Below are positions 63,100-64,000 of a stretch of 64,000 bases of DNA, piece by piece. The translations under genes and the position numbers were made by a program. Each line of letters starts with the position of its first letter. Position 1 is the first letter of the stretch. Under the pieces are notes generated by a model that worked only from the letters and a program-made list of their open reading frames with translations, had not been told where the DNA came from and did no database searches. Origin of the DNA: Octopus bimaculoides (Eukaryota); assembly GCF_001194135.2 (NCBI RefSeq), contig NC_068987.1, positions 25,701,012 to 25,765,011 of the forward strand, written 5' to 3'.

Positions 63100-63915
63100 C
63101 CTGCTCTACTTGATCGCTAGGCCTTCTAGAAATAACAGCCAAACCCTCTTGAATTATACTTTACCCCCAGGGCTGTCTAAGCAGTATTGTAGCCCCCCCC
63201 CCCCCCGGAAAATCCATGCACTGAGACGTATACTGTTTATTTATTGAGAGCAAGCCACAGCGCACAAAGATTGTAAGTGATCCCCTTAGATCCATGAGGC
63301 TCTCGGGCAACTGTCCAGTGTACCTATGTCTGGAGATGGCATGGACCCTATCGTCTTAAAAATATGATAAACACACTGGCCAATGTAATGTTAGATATAG
63401 AAACTAAGTGGGTGGTCACGGTTGATGTGGCATTGATGATATTTTTGCTCAGTCAGAGCCCACCTAGGGCTGAACACCAATTACCAAGTATCATCATCAT
63501 CCTCATCATCATCATCACCACCACCACCACTACCATCATCTCCACCACCATCTTCATTACCACTACTACTAGTCATCACAACTATTATCATCACCATTAC
63601 CACGCCACCATCATTCTACAGACGGTTCCATAGAATTCACAGAATCTCCGAGGTCATTGATTATCGATACTGTTAATGTTCTTCTTGAATAAATAACTTC
63701 AGCTTGACGGTAACAAGTAAGACATAATCAGTGCACATGGAGCAAGAACTTTGCCTTAAATTTTGCTGCAAAGTTGCATTCCACACAAGTTATATTGAGA
63801 TACGAACGGTGAAGCATCGACGCGAGCGCTTCTACGAGGTTGCACATGCTGTTGTAACGTGCTAGAAATAACAGCTAAATCTTCCTCAAAATCACACCGT
63901 TCTGTCTGAAAATAA
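63100..63915 (+). mobile_element. Scattered family F fragments
   Basis: CTAGAAATAACAGCCAAA (~63126), GGTGGTCACGGTTG...CCTAGGGCTGAACAC (~63410-63480), and GCTAGAAATAACAGCTAAATCTTCCTCAAAATCACACC (~63860). Confidence 0.55.
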
Positions 63916-64000
63916 GGAAAGAAAATGCACGTATTAAGTTATATGGTCTTGAGCGAGCAGTTGTTGAGCCCCCATCCTAAAAAAAAATTGGGTTGTCATC

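Noticed and set aside
63168-63343. CAGGGCTGTCT...-type MITE
   Set aside because: The right terminus matches the left poorly and there is no TSD; possible but unsupported.

Overview
This is eukaryotic, AT-rich, microsatellite-saturated non-coding DNA from a gapped draft assembly. The SINE families and simple-repeat style look like an Octopus (coleoid cephalopod) genome; that attribution is from recall, not a database search. I find no intact protein-coding gene, no rRNA or true tRNA gene, and no CRISPR array. Almost all ORF-track entries are artefacts of N-gaps or microsatellites. What can be supported: decayed transposase/retroelement coding relics (mariner ~200-600, Helitron PIF1-like helicase ~7.9-8.9 kb, R4/Dong-like RLE LINE ~16.0-16.5 kb, RTE LINE ~27.5-27.9 kb, piggyBac ~42.1-43.2 kb), a hAT MITE with TIRs and an 8-bp TSD, and dozens of copies of about six SINE-like families (labelled A-F here). 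The most interesting signals are: (1) a textbook recursive-splice-site signature at 57649-57756 (branch point, polypyrimidine tract, CAG|GTAAGT, and a second donor 71 nt downstream); (2) an RLE-type LINE sitting inside a (CATA)n microsatellite, suggesting microsatellite-specific targeting; (3) a minimal hammerhead-like motif with a palindromic stem III at ~3.9 kb; (4) modular, chimeric SINEs and closely spaced inverted SINE pairs that could form dsRNA. Boundaries of decayed repeats are approximate (tens of bp).
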